From assembly GCA_964019335.1 (NCBI GenBank), contig OZ025734.1, positions 124,001 to 188,000 on the forward strand: DNA of 64,000 bases, written 5' to 3'. Each line of letters begins with the position of its first letter. Within the stretch, counting starts at the first letter, position 1. The stretch comes from Diplonema japonicum (Eukaryota; Protista; Euglenozoa: Diplonemea). The notes beneath the pieces were generated by a model that was not told where the DNA came from, did not search any database, and worked only from the letters and a program-made list of their open reading frames with translations. Below, in pieces: positions 44,080 through 55,042 of this stretch. The position numbers and the translations under genes are program-made.

Positions 44080-45184
44080 CTGTAAAACAAAAAATCACCG
44101 GAAGATAAATGTCCGGACCGCCGAAACATCCGGTGATTTTTTTCTTCCGGACATTCTTTTTGGGCACTTTTCTAAGGGGGTACCTAGCCTGTCCTACGCA
44201 CTGTCCCCTCTGTCTGGAAAACTTATGTTTCTGTTGCAAGAGTCTTAATTCAAATTAACAAGACGAAAGCCGCATGCCCTAAAAAGGGGAAGGGCATATC
44301 TCGCGACTCCTCCGGGTGCTGACCTCAGGTGAGAAACACCCTTCAATGGCTGCGTCCCAGCAGGTTGGAGAGTACTTTTCCCGACCAATAAACTAAAAAA
44401 GGGGGCGAGGAAAGGGCAAGCAGCGTCCTACCTGTCCGCACGTCTGGCCGTCTTGGTTGCTGCCTTTGCAGCCTTGGCAGTGCGCCTGGCCTCGGCCTCA
44501 GCAAGTCTTGGGCTGGCACAAATAGGTGGGGCCTGGGGGGACAAACGCTAAGTGAACGTTTGCTTCTGAAAACAATAAGTTCACAAAAGCCTGCATAGTG
44601 TGGACATTGTAGTCATCAAGGAAGGATGAGTGGGATGGGCTCGGTGGGTGCTCAGCCCGATGACTCGATGAGGTTGTAGCAAAGGAGAGAAACAAATCTT
44701 TTACCCAGAGCCGAAGCTTTTCCTGGGTGGCCCAGTGAGATTTCGAAGCTGTTAAACTCCAGCCTTTTGGGGGGTGTGCAACACGAGGGACGGACCCGGC
44801 CTGCCGCGAGCTTGGGCGGCGGTTTGTGATGCCATGCTTGGGGCACAGCTGGTTGGCCCTCTGCATACAGGCAGATGTCCGACGCTGCTACCGGCTGATA
44901 TACTGGACATTGGCTCCATGACGCAAACCCGCAAAGCATAAGAACAACCCTAAAGCAAGCACAAGAAGTGGTTCGGTTCAACAAGCTTGTGGTAGAAGCG
45001 AACAATCAGGATCTGAGTTTAGTTCTTGGAAAAAGTCCGTCTGATTTTCGTTTGATTTTCTCTTGCTACAGAAACTAGTTTCATCTCCAGCCCTTTAAAA
45101 AAAAAGGGGGGGGTCTGGAAGAAAAAATATCCGGACCGCCAGAGCTTCCGGACATTTTATCTTCCGGTGATTTTTGTTTTACAG
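44080..45184 (-). mobile_element. Internally deleted pogo-like (Tc1/mariner superfamily) DNA transposon with TIRs and a TA target-site duplication
   Basis: TA|ctgtaaaacaaaaaatcaccggaagataaatgtccgga ... tccggacattttatcttccggtgatttttgttttacag|TA. The internal fragment SHWATQE..W..FLDDYNVH..FVPPGPTYLCQP resembles the DDE_1 domain. Confidence 0.88.
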
Positions 45185-45253
45185 TATAAGATAAGGAGGC
45201 CCTTAACTTGATTACAGGGGCCACGCCTTGCCTCAGGGTGACCTCTCTACCAT

Positions 45254-48200
45254 CTAAACGTCACTCCTCTCAATGGTCTGTAGCCATTTTTCTACGAAAG
45301 GTGCTGCTTCGACATATTCTACATCGATGCCTTCCTGTTTGCAATAACTAACCAGAGAGGCCAGCGGTTCGGCCGCGATAATCTCGGGAGCGAAACCCTT
45401 TTTAACCAGCGTGGAACGGAGCGCGGAGAGGCATTTTTGAGAAAGCTGTAGATCGTTTGTTTGCATGCTTGGTGGAGGTGCCGAGGGTGCAATGTGCCCG
45501 ACTTCAAGCACGCCTTTGAGCCCGTTCTCGAAAGTGTGGAGCTGCATTACATCGTCATTATTGGTATCCCCAACCGCGACACACGGGTAAAGAACAACCC
45601 TCGCTTCACGTAAATCAGGAAATAAATCCTGAACGATACGATGCGCTGACAAAGGGCTTTTCAAGATATCCGGGCATTCATCAATACCGAGCAATACGAG
45701 GGACGGAACGGACGCCGATTCAGGAAGTGAGAGAAGCTTTCTGACAGGATGCGTCAACCCACACGAGACGCTGGGCAAGTCAACGCTTGACAACTGCTCG
45801 GAAACAGCGCGGAACGACGCCGTCAGCGCATCGATTGACTTTGAAGCGTAGCGCCACCTGAAAGAATGCTGGGCCCACGCGGATTGCGACGACGAATCTG
45901 ATTCACAAACCTCTCGGTAAACGGTTGAGAACGATCGCCTTAATTTGTCAATGGTTGACACATCACCTGTCGCCTCGTTGAAGTACGACGTGAGCCAAAT
46001 AACACGCAGTCCGAACGGATCAGCTATTGGTCGGCACCTTCCTGTCAAAACCTTTAAAGAGCTGAGCTTGATGTCCCCATCGTACACAATCAAAGTGTCC
46101 ACGTTAGCAAGGCTGAACTCAACCGGGAGAACGCTTATCAGCAGCAGCACGACACCAGGCCGTTGTACATTGAACTTCTCAAGGTTCATTACATGGTCCG
46201 ACACATCATTGGCAAGATCACCTGTGAAGTAAAAAACCTGATCGTCATCAAACGCACCTTCCAAGTAAATCTTCAACACGTCGAATACAGGTGAGTCTGC
46301 GGTGTAGATGGCTATTTTGTGCATGGAAGCCGACTCAGCGCTTTCAACCGCTCGTGAGATTTCCTTCAGAATACAGTCGAGCATCGCAAGCTTGCCACAT
46401 GATCTCACTTGTATTTCTCTATAGTAGGACGTGTTTTCAATGTTCATATCCCATTCTGCCTTCCTTGCGTACTGCATCAACAGGAAAGGATGTGAGATGA
46501 TCTTCGCAACGATCGCCGTTGTGGCGATCACAAGCTCGTCGCTTTTAACGCTTCGCAGCCTTTTAGCGGCGTGGTCAGCGAATGCCCAGTATAGCCGAGT
46601 TTGCATCGCGGATAACGGGCACTCCACCGTGATCTCCTCGATGTAGGGTTTGTTCGCAATTTGATTCGCTTCCCTTCTGAATATAAACGGGCAGATTACC
46701 TGGAAAAGCCTTCTTGCGATAAGAGATTTTTCATCTTCAGAGAGGTCAATGGTAACGTGGTCATTTCCATCACTTTCTATCTTCTTCTCAAGCCACCCAC
46801 AGATGCCGCCGCGTACGCCTCCATATGTGAACGGAAAGAGAAACTGGCATATTGACCAGCATCCCTCGCAGTGTAGGATTGGGATTGTCGACATTAATAG
46901 AATTCGGTGTCTAGCGGTCACTCTGGCTACCATGTTCAAGATGACTTTATTTTGAACAAGCCCGCCGAGGGAAGGGTGTTTGAAGTCCATTACCAAGGTA
47001 CGGACATTCCCGTTGCCCCAGCGTTCGAGGTGCGGTTGCAATTCCTCCACCCGCGTGTAGGCTATCAAATGGATCCACACCCGGTCCTTCTCAGCGGCGT
47101 ACCGTTTCTTCTTCGTCTCGTAGCTGCTCACATAGTCGGTTATCGATCGGGCTGCGGTGCCTTCCCCGTCGCCTAAGGTGTCCATGGTGAGTTTGCTCGG
47201 GTTGGTGGTCCATTCAAAAATCTTGCTTGTCCATTGTTCCATGCAAGCGTTGGGTGTGATGATAACATGCATTCCAGGAACGGCAGAGAGATATACCATT
47301 ACAGCGCTGGCCTTTCCTGTCCCAGGGTCGTCTGCCATGATAAAATTCATTCTGTTTCTGTATTTGAGTTCGATGTGGGTTACGGCGTCTTTTTGGTGCT
47401 GACAGAGGTCGTGTCGTGTGTTGATGACGGCGAGCTTGTGGGATTTCTGCGGGAGGAGGTAGTGGCGGTTCTCAACAGCCGTACGGAAAGCCGCGAGAAC
47501 AGACTGCTTGTTGTGGGATGTGTACTCGGTGTTCAGAAAATCTGCTTTCTCATTCGATAGAGATCCATTCACATCCTTGATGGTGTGGGGCCTGGTGTCT
47601 CGTTTCCTCAGAAGTAGTTCTGACTCGGAAAGCAGGACGTTTAAGTATTTATATTTCAGGGTTTGCCGAATCCATTCCCCTTCCGCGTGGCCGACCCCTT
47701 CTAGAGACATTCCTTTGCTGTCACCTGGTCCGATGGTACCGGCGTGCCCTAGAACCATGCGACGCGTTTCTAAAAAATTCCATTTTTTTTTCATTGTTGT
47801 GCTGTGTTGTTCCAAACTATGTGTGACTGATGTGGATTTGCCCAAAGATCGAAGGCTGACCGATTTTGAGACGCGGTTTTGAAGGATGTGTCTCGTTTCT
47901 TTTTCCAGCATTTTTCGGTGGTGTAAATCCAGGTACCAAGTGTCGTGGGGCTCGTGGAATGAGGTGTTGTAGTCCCATCTGAGGGTGTCGCCGCCGGGGC
48001 ACAATGTGTCCATTGCTTTTCGTTTCAGGCTTCTCTGCAGGCGTGTTAGGTCTGGTTCGTGCCATTTTGGTTCGTTTCCGCGATTTTCTGTTGCGTAGCT
48101 TAGCCTTACGACCTTGCTGCGCTGTGTGTTTGCCCAACCTACTGTCTCGTCAACATGTGCTGCTATTTCATCAGAGATTTTTGTGCTTCCTGTTTCCAGC

Positions 48201-48268
48201 TGCCGCAAGGCTTCTTCCTGCACAACGACGACAGAGTCGAGATCCTTTGTTAACCTATCCCATTCCAT
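45254..48268 (-). CDS. SNF2-family helicase-like protein with degenerate ATPase motifs
   Basis: LCQHQKDAV, MADDPGTGKA, PFIFRR, CPLSAMQ..Y, SHPFL and SCGKLAMLD..L match the SNF2_N plus helicase-C layout. Walker B reads DFKH. Confidence 0.85.
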   Translation of the reverse strand: MEWDRLTKDLDSVVVVQEEALRQLETGSTKISDEIAAHVDETVGWANTQRSKVVRLSYATENRGNEPKWHEPDLTRLQRSLKRKAMDTLCPGGDTLRWDYNTSFHEPHDTWYLDLHHRKMLEKETRHILQNRVSKSVSLRSLGKSTSVTHSLEQHSTTMKKKWNFLETRRMVLGHAGTIGPGDSKGMSLEGVGHAEGEWIRQTLKYKYLNVLLSESELLLRKRDTRPHTIKDVNGSLSNEKADFLNTEYTSHNKQSVLAAFRTAVENRHYLLPQKSHKLAVINTRHDLCQHQKDAVTHIELKYRNRMNFIMADDPGTGKASAVMVYLSAVPGMHVIITPNACMEQWTSKIFEWTTNPSKLTMDTLGDGEGTAARSITDYVSSYETKKKRYAAEKDRVWIHLIAYTRVEELQPHLERWGNGNVRTLVMDFKHPSLGGLVQNKVILNMVARVTARHRILLMSTIPILHCEGCWSICQFLFPFTYGGVRGGICGWLEKKIESDGNDHVTIDLSEDEKSLIARRLFQVICPFIFRREANQIANKPYIEEITVECPLSAMQTRLYWAFADHAAKRLRSVKSDELVIATTAIVAKIISHPFLLMQYARKAEWDMNIENTSYYREIQVRSCGKLAMLDCILKEISRAVESAESASMHKIAIYTADSPVFDVLKIYLEGAFDDDQVFYFTGDLANDVSDHVMNLEKFNVQRPGVVLLLISVLPVEFSLANVDTLIVYDGDIKLSSLKVLTGRCRPIADPFGLRVIWLTSYFNEATGDVSTIDKLRRSFSTVYREVCESDSSSQSAWAQHSFRWRYASKSIDALTASFRAVSEQLSSVDLPSVSCGLTHPVRKLLSLPESASVPSLVLLGIDECPDILKSPLSAHRIVQDLFPDLREARVVLYPCVAVGDTNNDDVMQLHTFENGLKGVLEVGHIAPSAPPPSMQTNDLQLSQKCLSALRSTLVKKGFAPEIIAAEPLASLVSYCKQEGIDVEYVEAAPFVEKWLQTIERSDV

Positions 48269-49983
48269 TTTCTTTTTTTAATTTCTCCTTTTTTTTTTTT
48301 TTTTTTGGAAAATGGTGGGGAGGGGGGATGAAAGAAATCTCTTTTTTTTTTTTAAAATATAAATATAAAAATATTTGTAATTCATCACGTGTTACCCCCC
48401 CCAAAAAAAATAAAATAAAATAATTACCCCACCCATTTTTCAAATGTTTTTTTTTTTGCCCCCTAAATATAGATGCTTAAGTTTTTTTTTGGTTTCCCCC
48501 CCGCCCCTTTTTTTTTTTAAAAAAGAGGGGGGAAAGAGGGCTTCATTTTTGTTTTTTTTTTTGTTTTACATAGGGTAGGGTGGGCCCTGTTTTTTTGTTC
48601 TCCTTTTTGTTTGTTGCTTTTGTCATTACCTACAATTGCCTTTTTTCTCTCCCAAAAGAAAAAAGAACTGGGGGGGTGGGTTTAAAAAACCCGGAGTAGT
48701 AGTTTTTGAACCCTTGAACACGTAATCCCCATTTTTCCTAAAGGTTAAATATTTCGAAGGAACAAGAGAAAAAAAAAAACACTGCAATTGTGGCACATCT
48801 TAAGGACCAAAAGGACTTTCCATTTTAACAACAAAACACGCACTATGAAGAAAAAAAAATAAAGCGTAAGCGCTCAAACCCTTTGGTGCAGCAGGGAAGA
48901 AAAAAAAAAAAGAGGTATAAAAGCAAAAAAGACTTGCTGGTTATGCGCCCTCCCTACACCTAGATTAAAATATAAAAAGAGAAAAAGAGACAAATGGAGC
49001 AAGAAAAAAAAAATATCGAGATAAAAAAAAAAAAAAATGGAGGGGCAAAGGGAAGGGGTTTGATGCAGCCAAAGGGCATTTTCAGCAGTAAAGAAAGAAA
49101 GAAGAAAAACCGCAGGAATTTCGCAAAGATTTATTACACTCCTCTCAAATTTACTCGTACTCTCATATTATCCCCCCTCCCCCCCCTCCTAACTCTAAAA
49201 AGAGAGTGGAGGATTTCCTCCATTTCTTTTAATGATGAGTAGGAGAACAGAAAAACAAAAACGAAAAAAAAAAAAAAAAAAAAGCAAAGCAAACAATAGA
49301 AACTGTGTGATGCCCAGAAAAGTTATGAAACTTTGACAGGCGGCCTCAACAGTTCCATATGGGGGGGGGGGGGAAGAAAACAAAAAAAGAAAAAAAAAAC
49401 AAAAAGGTAGGCCGATTGTTTTTCCAAGCCGTTTTTCACTATACTTTTTCCTTTTTTTTTCCCTGCAATTTCAAAAAAAAAAAAAAAAAAAAAAAAGAAA
49501 ACAGAAAGAATTGCACACACCCCATGTATCAGCGCCCCACCCTCTAAAAATCAAATTCTTTTTTTTTTCTATCCAAAGAACTACAAAAAAGGTCGCTTTT
49601 TTTTTTTTTGCATCTTGTTCCCCCCCCTCCACATAGCAGAGGTGAGAGAGAGGGAGAGGAAGGAAAAAAAAAAAGAAAAAAAAAAGAACAAAATAGTAGT
49701 TTTGAACTTGTCGTTTGGCTTTTTTTTTTCCCGCTCAAAAAGCAAACTTACGTACTTCCCACTACTCGCCCCCCCCCCCCCCCCCCCCCCCCCCCCTCTC
49801 TTTGATCGCCGACTCTTCGGTGGGCAGCGTCGTTTTGACTGTAAATTAAAATACAAAAAAAAAAAAAAGAAAATAATCACACGAAAGCACACAAAATACA
49901 AGAAAAAAAAAACACGCACACACACCCTTTTTTTTCTTTGCCAATCACAGCAACGATACATGATGGTTATGATAAAAGAAAAC

Positions 49984-50027
<44 letters not shown>

Positions 50028-50235
50028 TGTTTGAGAGCTCTCCGTCTCTGTGGGGGTGATTTTTGATTTTCAAAAAAATCAAAAATACCTCCCAATACTT
50101 CAATTCCTTGCCGCCTTTGGTGGGGAGAAATAAATTCAAGGAAAAAAAAAAATCACAATATGGGAGGGGGAAGGAAGGGAGGGGGGGTTGCAATAGTGTT
50201 TTTTTTTTTTTTTTTGTGAGCGTAAATTTTCTTAC

Positions 50236-50271
<36 letters not shown>

Positions 50272-50273
<2 letters not shown>

Positions 50274-50358
50274 GTAAAATGAAAAAGTGCAAAAATGTCC
50301 GAGATTTTTTCGGCGTCTGGGAATATTTATGGCTGGCAAACATTTTTCACTTTTACAG
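50272..50358. mobile_element. MITE with pogo-like CTGTAAAA/TTTTACAG(TA) ends
   Basis: ctgtaaaatgaaaaagtg ... catttttcacttttacagta. Confidence 0.6.
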
Positions 50359-50501
50359 TAACCCCTTTTTTCTTCTTCTTTTCTTTTTTTTTTCTCATCC
50401 AACAATTGAAAGCACCCCCTCTCCATGATTAATCCGTTGTGTGCAAATAAAAAGAATACTCTGTGTTTGCATTTTGAAAGGGTAAAAAAAAGTTTTTGTT
50501 A

Positions 50502-50543
<42 letters not shown>

Positions 50544-51116
50544 AAAGTACAGACAAACCCCCGCTAGAGGGTCGCCCTATGGGAGGGGGTCTATCTGTGG
50601 TTAATACTCCCCTTCTGGAGCATTGCTTTCATCCCGATCGAGGCTGTGAGCGTCTTGCGGAGGAACAAAAAAAAAAAGTGACAGAATACCGAAAAAGCGG
50701 ATGCCGATCGGGGAAGGGGGTCGGGAATTAAAACAACAAAAAAATAATAATAATAATAATAATTCTTTATGTCCATATGTCTTTGTTCGCACGAGCAAAA
50801 AAAAAAGAAAAAGAAAAAAAAAAAGGGTTTTTTAAAAAAGCTCCGAAAAAGATTTTTTTTTTTTTTTTTTTTTTTGCTCGGCACAAGTTTGCATATAGTT
50901 TAAAGAATCATTTTTTTTTTTTGAAAGAGAAATAATTTTGTAACAATAAAAAAAAAAAAAACCGATCTACACGGTGGTCTTCATTTTCTTTACATTTTTT
51001 ACTTTTTTTTTTTTGCAATGTATAGTTTATTTTCCCCCCTCCCCCTCTCGAGAGCAACCAGAAATCAAAATAACTTGGACTGGGGCCTCTTTTTCCTTTC
51101 CCCCCCCCCCCCCCTA

Positions 51117-51256
51117 TCACAACCCACTAAAAACAGGTGAATGGGTAACAGCTTCGGCAGTCGGCCGGTCAGAAGCCTGAAACGAAGTCATTGATTTACA
51201 AAGAGCGAAAATCGACGCTTTTGTAGGATCGCTGGGGTGCTCGTCATGGCTTTGCA

Positions 51257-51302
<46 letters not shown>

Positions 51303-53639
51303 TTAAACATACCCCAAGCATTCTCGTCCCTGTCACACCCAATGAAAACACATCTGACTTATGACTGCAAAAACCCGAAGCACCATGGTGCTCAGACGGG
51401 GTGTACACAATAAGCGACATCTCTGAAGGCGGAGCAGGCCTGTACACATCATGCAGAGCACAAGGCAGCACAGACCGCAACGAGGACAGCTTCCAAGAAT
51501 CCGTCACCTCATTATACAAAATACTTCTCGTGTTGATGTTAAGATGCAACCACCCCGCCGCCGCCATGTGCGCAAGCCCGCGAGAGATGTGAAGAATCGC
51601 CTTAACCGCCTTACTTGATTCCAAAGAACCCTTCGATGCAGCTAAAATATCGGCTAGGACGTACTGTTTTGTGTCGAGCTGGCTAGAATCGAATCCGGAA
51701 TCTGTCACAACCCACAAATCCTTCATGGCGAACGTGCGGATAAGCCTGGGCAAGTGCTCCGACCCTCGTATCTCGTGCAAGCACTGCAGCTCGCGCAGCA
51801 TGCCCTCCTCGGATGACGGTGTAATCTTGTGAAGCTCAATAATCTGCGCGGTGAGTAACGGACTCGAATTTTGATGGTGCAACCAGTTCGCCACTGAACT
51901 ATCTGTCACCGACTGGATCAGCTTCGAAAAGTTCTTGACCCGAATCGGGTACAGCGGTGCGAACGAACCCTGCCCCACCTGATGCGCAAGCACCGTGAAA
52001 ACCTGCTCAGGGTCTTCGCTTAAACAAGCAGAATCTATGAGATACGGCAGATATTCACCCTCTTCCAAATCAGGTGGCTCTGTCCGTCCTGATATCTCGG
52101 TGAATGCGGTCGCGCCGGAGTGGTTCGTCGATAGCTTCCACTTTAGAATCCTGCTTGAACGCATGCTGCTGTGGGTTGTCGCATCTGGTACACAGGGCAC
52201 CACCTCTGGTTCCTTGAACTCGAGCCATAAGGGAATATCTTCTTTGATGTCAGCCATCCTCACCAGACCGCACCACCATTGCATCCCGAGGACCTGTCGT
52301 TTACTGTGTTCCAGCTCGATCAGCATTCCCACTATTAGTGTCTGGTTCATCGCTGGGCTGCTCACAAGGGTGGGCTTTATAACGGCTCTGTCGCTGCTCG
52401 TCATACTGCTGATTACCTGGCAGGCATCCGGCTGGCCTTGGTTCTGCGTGTACGGAATGGTTGGAGGCCGTTTTTCCTTTTTTTTTTTTTTTTTTTTTTT
52501 TTTGCAATCTTTTTTTTTCTTTTCTTTTTTATAAATACCAACTTAGCAGGCGTTCTGTCTTCCAAGGTCATTGGTATAAACAAAGTGGGCTCTTCATCTT
52601 CCTCTTCATGCTCCTCTATGTTGACGAGGACGCCCTCATGGTCGAGGATGCCAGGGTTTTCTTCGGCGAGACGGCTGTTTTGTGTAAGTGGGTGGTTTTT
52701 TTTTCTTTTTTTTTTTTTTTTTTAAATAGAACCGTACCGTAGTCTCGATCGGGAGTACACGTGCGGGTGTGGGCACCTGTCGTCCATGGGGCAGTTGCCT
52801 GCGAAGAACTCGGCGCATTTTCTGGTGGACTTCAGCTTCGTCTTCCAGAGCAGCGTGCACACCATGCACTTCATTATGTAGAATCGCTTCTTCTTCGTCA
52901 TCAGAATCCACTTGTTGTGCTTGCACGTCGGCTTGTCCGACGTTGGAATCCCCGGGAGCAGAAGCTCATCCTCCTTTCCGGATTTGTCCTTTTTGTTCAG
53001 CTTCTCCTCTTCCTCTATCCGCGAGCCGAGAGGAGCGGTACTCACACGGGGTACCTTTTTTTTTTTTTTTTTTTTCCCTCATCATCATACCGCGGCCTTC
53101 TGTAATGTTTCAGCACCAGGAGGGGGGGAAATAGATCTTACGCCTGACCTGTGACGGGGAGGATATGCTGCGGGATTTATGGGAGGCTTCTGATGAGGGC
53201 CTTCAGGGATACGAATATCAGTGTGTTCGCTGTCGATGACTTCCATGTGGTGTAGTTGTTGTTGCTGTTGCTGTTGCTGTTGTGAAAGCTGCTGCTGCTG
53301 ATGTTGTTGGGGCAACATCTGCGCCTGCTGTTGGAACGCAGGTTGTTGAAGAGCTTGTTGCTGTTGCTGCTGCACGGCATGCAGTTGCTGCGCCGGTTGC
53401 GCACCCCTCTGGAACTGCATCATCGGCTGTTGCTGCTGAGGTGTAGCTGCTTGCATCGTCTGCTGGACCTGATACCCCCCAGGGTGCATGTACTGCCCCT
53501 GCATAGGCATGTACATTGGATTCACCATTCGGACCTTTTTTTTTTTTATGTAAAGAGAATGGAGGGGGGGGGGGGGGGGGGGGAGCCATACCATTGGGAC
53601 CTGTTGTTGCACAGGCATGGCATTCTTGATGCCATCCAT
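51117..53639 (-). CDS. Q-rich, tandem Zn-finger (CxHNxW..CxxC and CCCH) and pseudokinase protein, 6 exons (introns 53535-53591, 53055-53090, 52675-52737, 52477-52538, 51258-51312)
   Basis: All five GT-AG junctions keep phase. The last exon supplies SMTSFQASDRPTAEAV..PVF, a kinase subdomain XI. Confidence 0.75.
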
Positions 53640-53831
53640 GTTTTCTTTTTTTTTCTTTCTTTCTTTTTTTTCTCTTTATTGTTTCTTTCTTCTTCAACCA
53701 CCCACCCCACTGCGGCCTTCCCCCTTTTATTTTTTTTTTAATTTTTTTTTTTTCGAAAAACTGGGAAAAAAAAAAAAAAAAAGAAATACAAGTACAATAA
53801 AAAAGGGGGGGGGGGGAAAAATGAAACAAAA

Positions 53832-54917
53832 TCACATGTTGCGGTAAATAAAGCTGGCAAGCAGCTCAACAGCCTCATTTTCTGCAAGAGGGGCACCGGC
53901 TTTCTGTTGGAGCACAGCATCCGGGTGGGGTAGTTGTGTAGGGCTTTCCTTGGGCGGCTGGTGCTGGGCAAGATCAATCCCGCAAAAACGAGCAAGTCGG
54001 CACATTGGCCGGTCTGACGCCCGCAACCGGGACTTTAAATCTGCGACCGCACCGAGAGTATCGCTGACTTCAAGAGGAGTGGCGGCGGGGACAGGAGGGT
54101 GGATGGCTTCCAGGATTTCAGGAAGAACACCGTATCCCTTAGCTATAGACAGCACATTGCCAACATCTTCTTCAACATCGAGGAAGGAGTCCATCTGTTT
54201 GAGTTGACCGAGGAGGGGTGTAATGAGATTCACTGCCTCAACCCTGGTTTTCTCACAGCGTGTTGCTTCCTGTCGTAACGCTGCTGCGTGTTCATGAACT
54301 GCCAAAGCCTGCGAGTCGATTACAGTATTCTTCCTTTGAAGCTTCATAAGCGTGTCTTTGAAAGGCGTCTCCCGTGATATTGGTGTTTTCGAAACCCTTG
54401 AAAGCAGGTTTACAACTAAATCTGTTTCGGTTCCCTCAAATGCGCGAAGGAGCGTGTCGGCACCATTTGTATTTTGGGGTTCGTATTTTTTGTAATGAGA
54501 CTTAACGAGCTCCTCCGGACCGTGGTAGTCTTCGGGTTTCTTTTGGATCAAACCCTTCTCGAAGAACATTGTTGTTTTGTAGGTGGTTTGCAGGTCTCGT
54601 AGGAGTGCGTCGAAACCTCCCTTGCCCTCGTACGATAGAATTAGACTACCGATGTTTCTGATGCGGGCCGAGTCGCGCAGTTCGAACAACTCCTTCACCG
54701 CGGTCCATTTCCTGTGGAAGCCTTTTCCCTTTTCGTACTTCCTCTCCAGCTGCATCATGAGCGCGTCCTCCCTGCCCGCGTACTCGTTTGTTATCCACTC
54801 CGCCATCGCCTCGTCGCGTCCCGACCCGTACAGCATGTAGAAAACTCTCACCTTCTCGGTCAAGTCCAAAGGAGCCTCTGTTACACACACGCCTGTTGTG
54901 TATAATTCATTCCGCAT
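53832..54917 (-). CDS. Hypothetical protein with three FY..Y....I...Y.G.E..L...L..KY-type helical repeats and a coiled coil
   Basis: True start is MRNELY after the A-leader. The repeats are visible in the translation. Confidence 0.7.
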   Translation of the reverse strand: MRNELYTTGVCVTEAPLDLTEKVRVFYMLYGSGRDEAMAEWITNEYAGREDALMMQLERKYEKGKGFHRKWTAVKELFELRDSARIRNIGSLILSYEGKGGFDALLRDLQTTYKTTMFFEKGLIQKKPEDYHGPEELVKSHYKKYEPQNTNGADTLLRAFEGTETDLVVNLLSRVSKTPISRETPFKDTLMKLQRKNTVIDSQALAVHEHAAALRQEATRCEKTRVEAVNLITPLLGQLKQMDSFLDVEEDVGNVLSIAKGYGVLPEILEAIHPPVPAATPLEVSDTLGAVADLKSRLRASDRPMCRLARFCGIDLAQHQPPKESPTQLPHPDAVLQQKAGAPLAENEAVELLASFIYRNM

Positions 54918-55042
54918 TTTCTTTTTCTTTTTTTTTTTTTTTTTTTCCTTCTTGAAAAGGGAAAAACCCGTTACAACAACAACAACAACAACAACAAAAA
55001 AAAAATTTAGAAAAAAAAAAAAAAAAAAAAAAAAAGCTGTCC

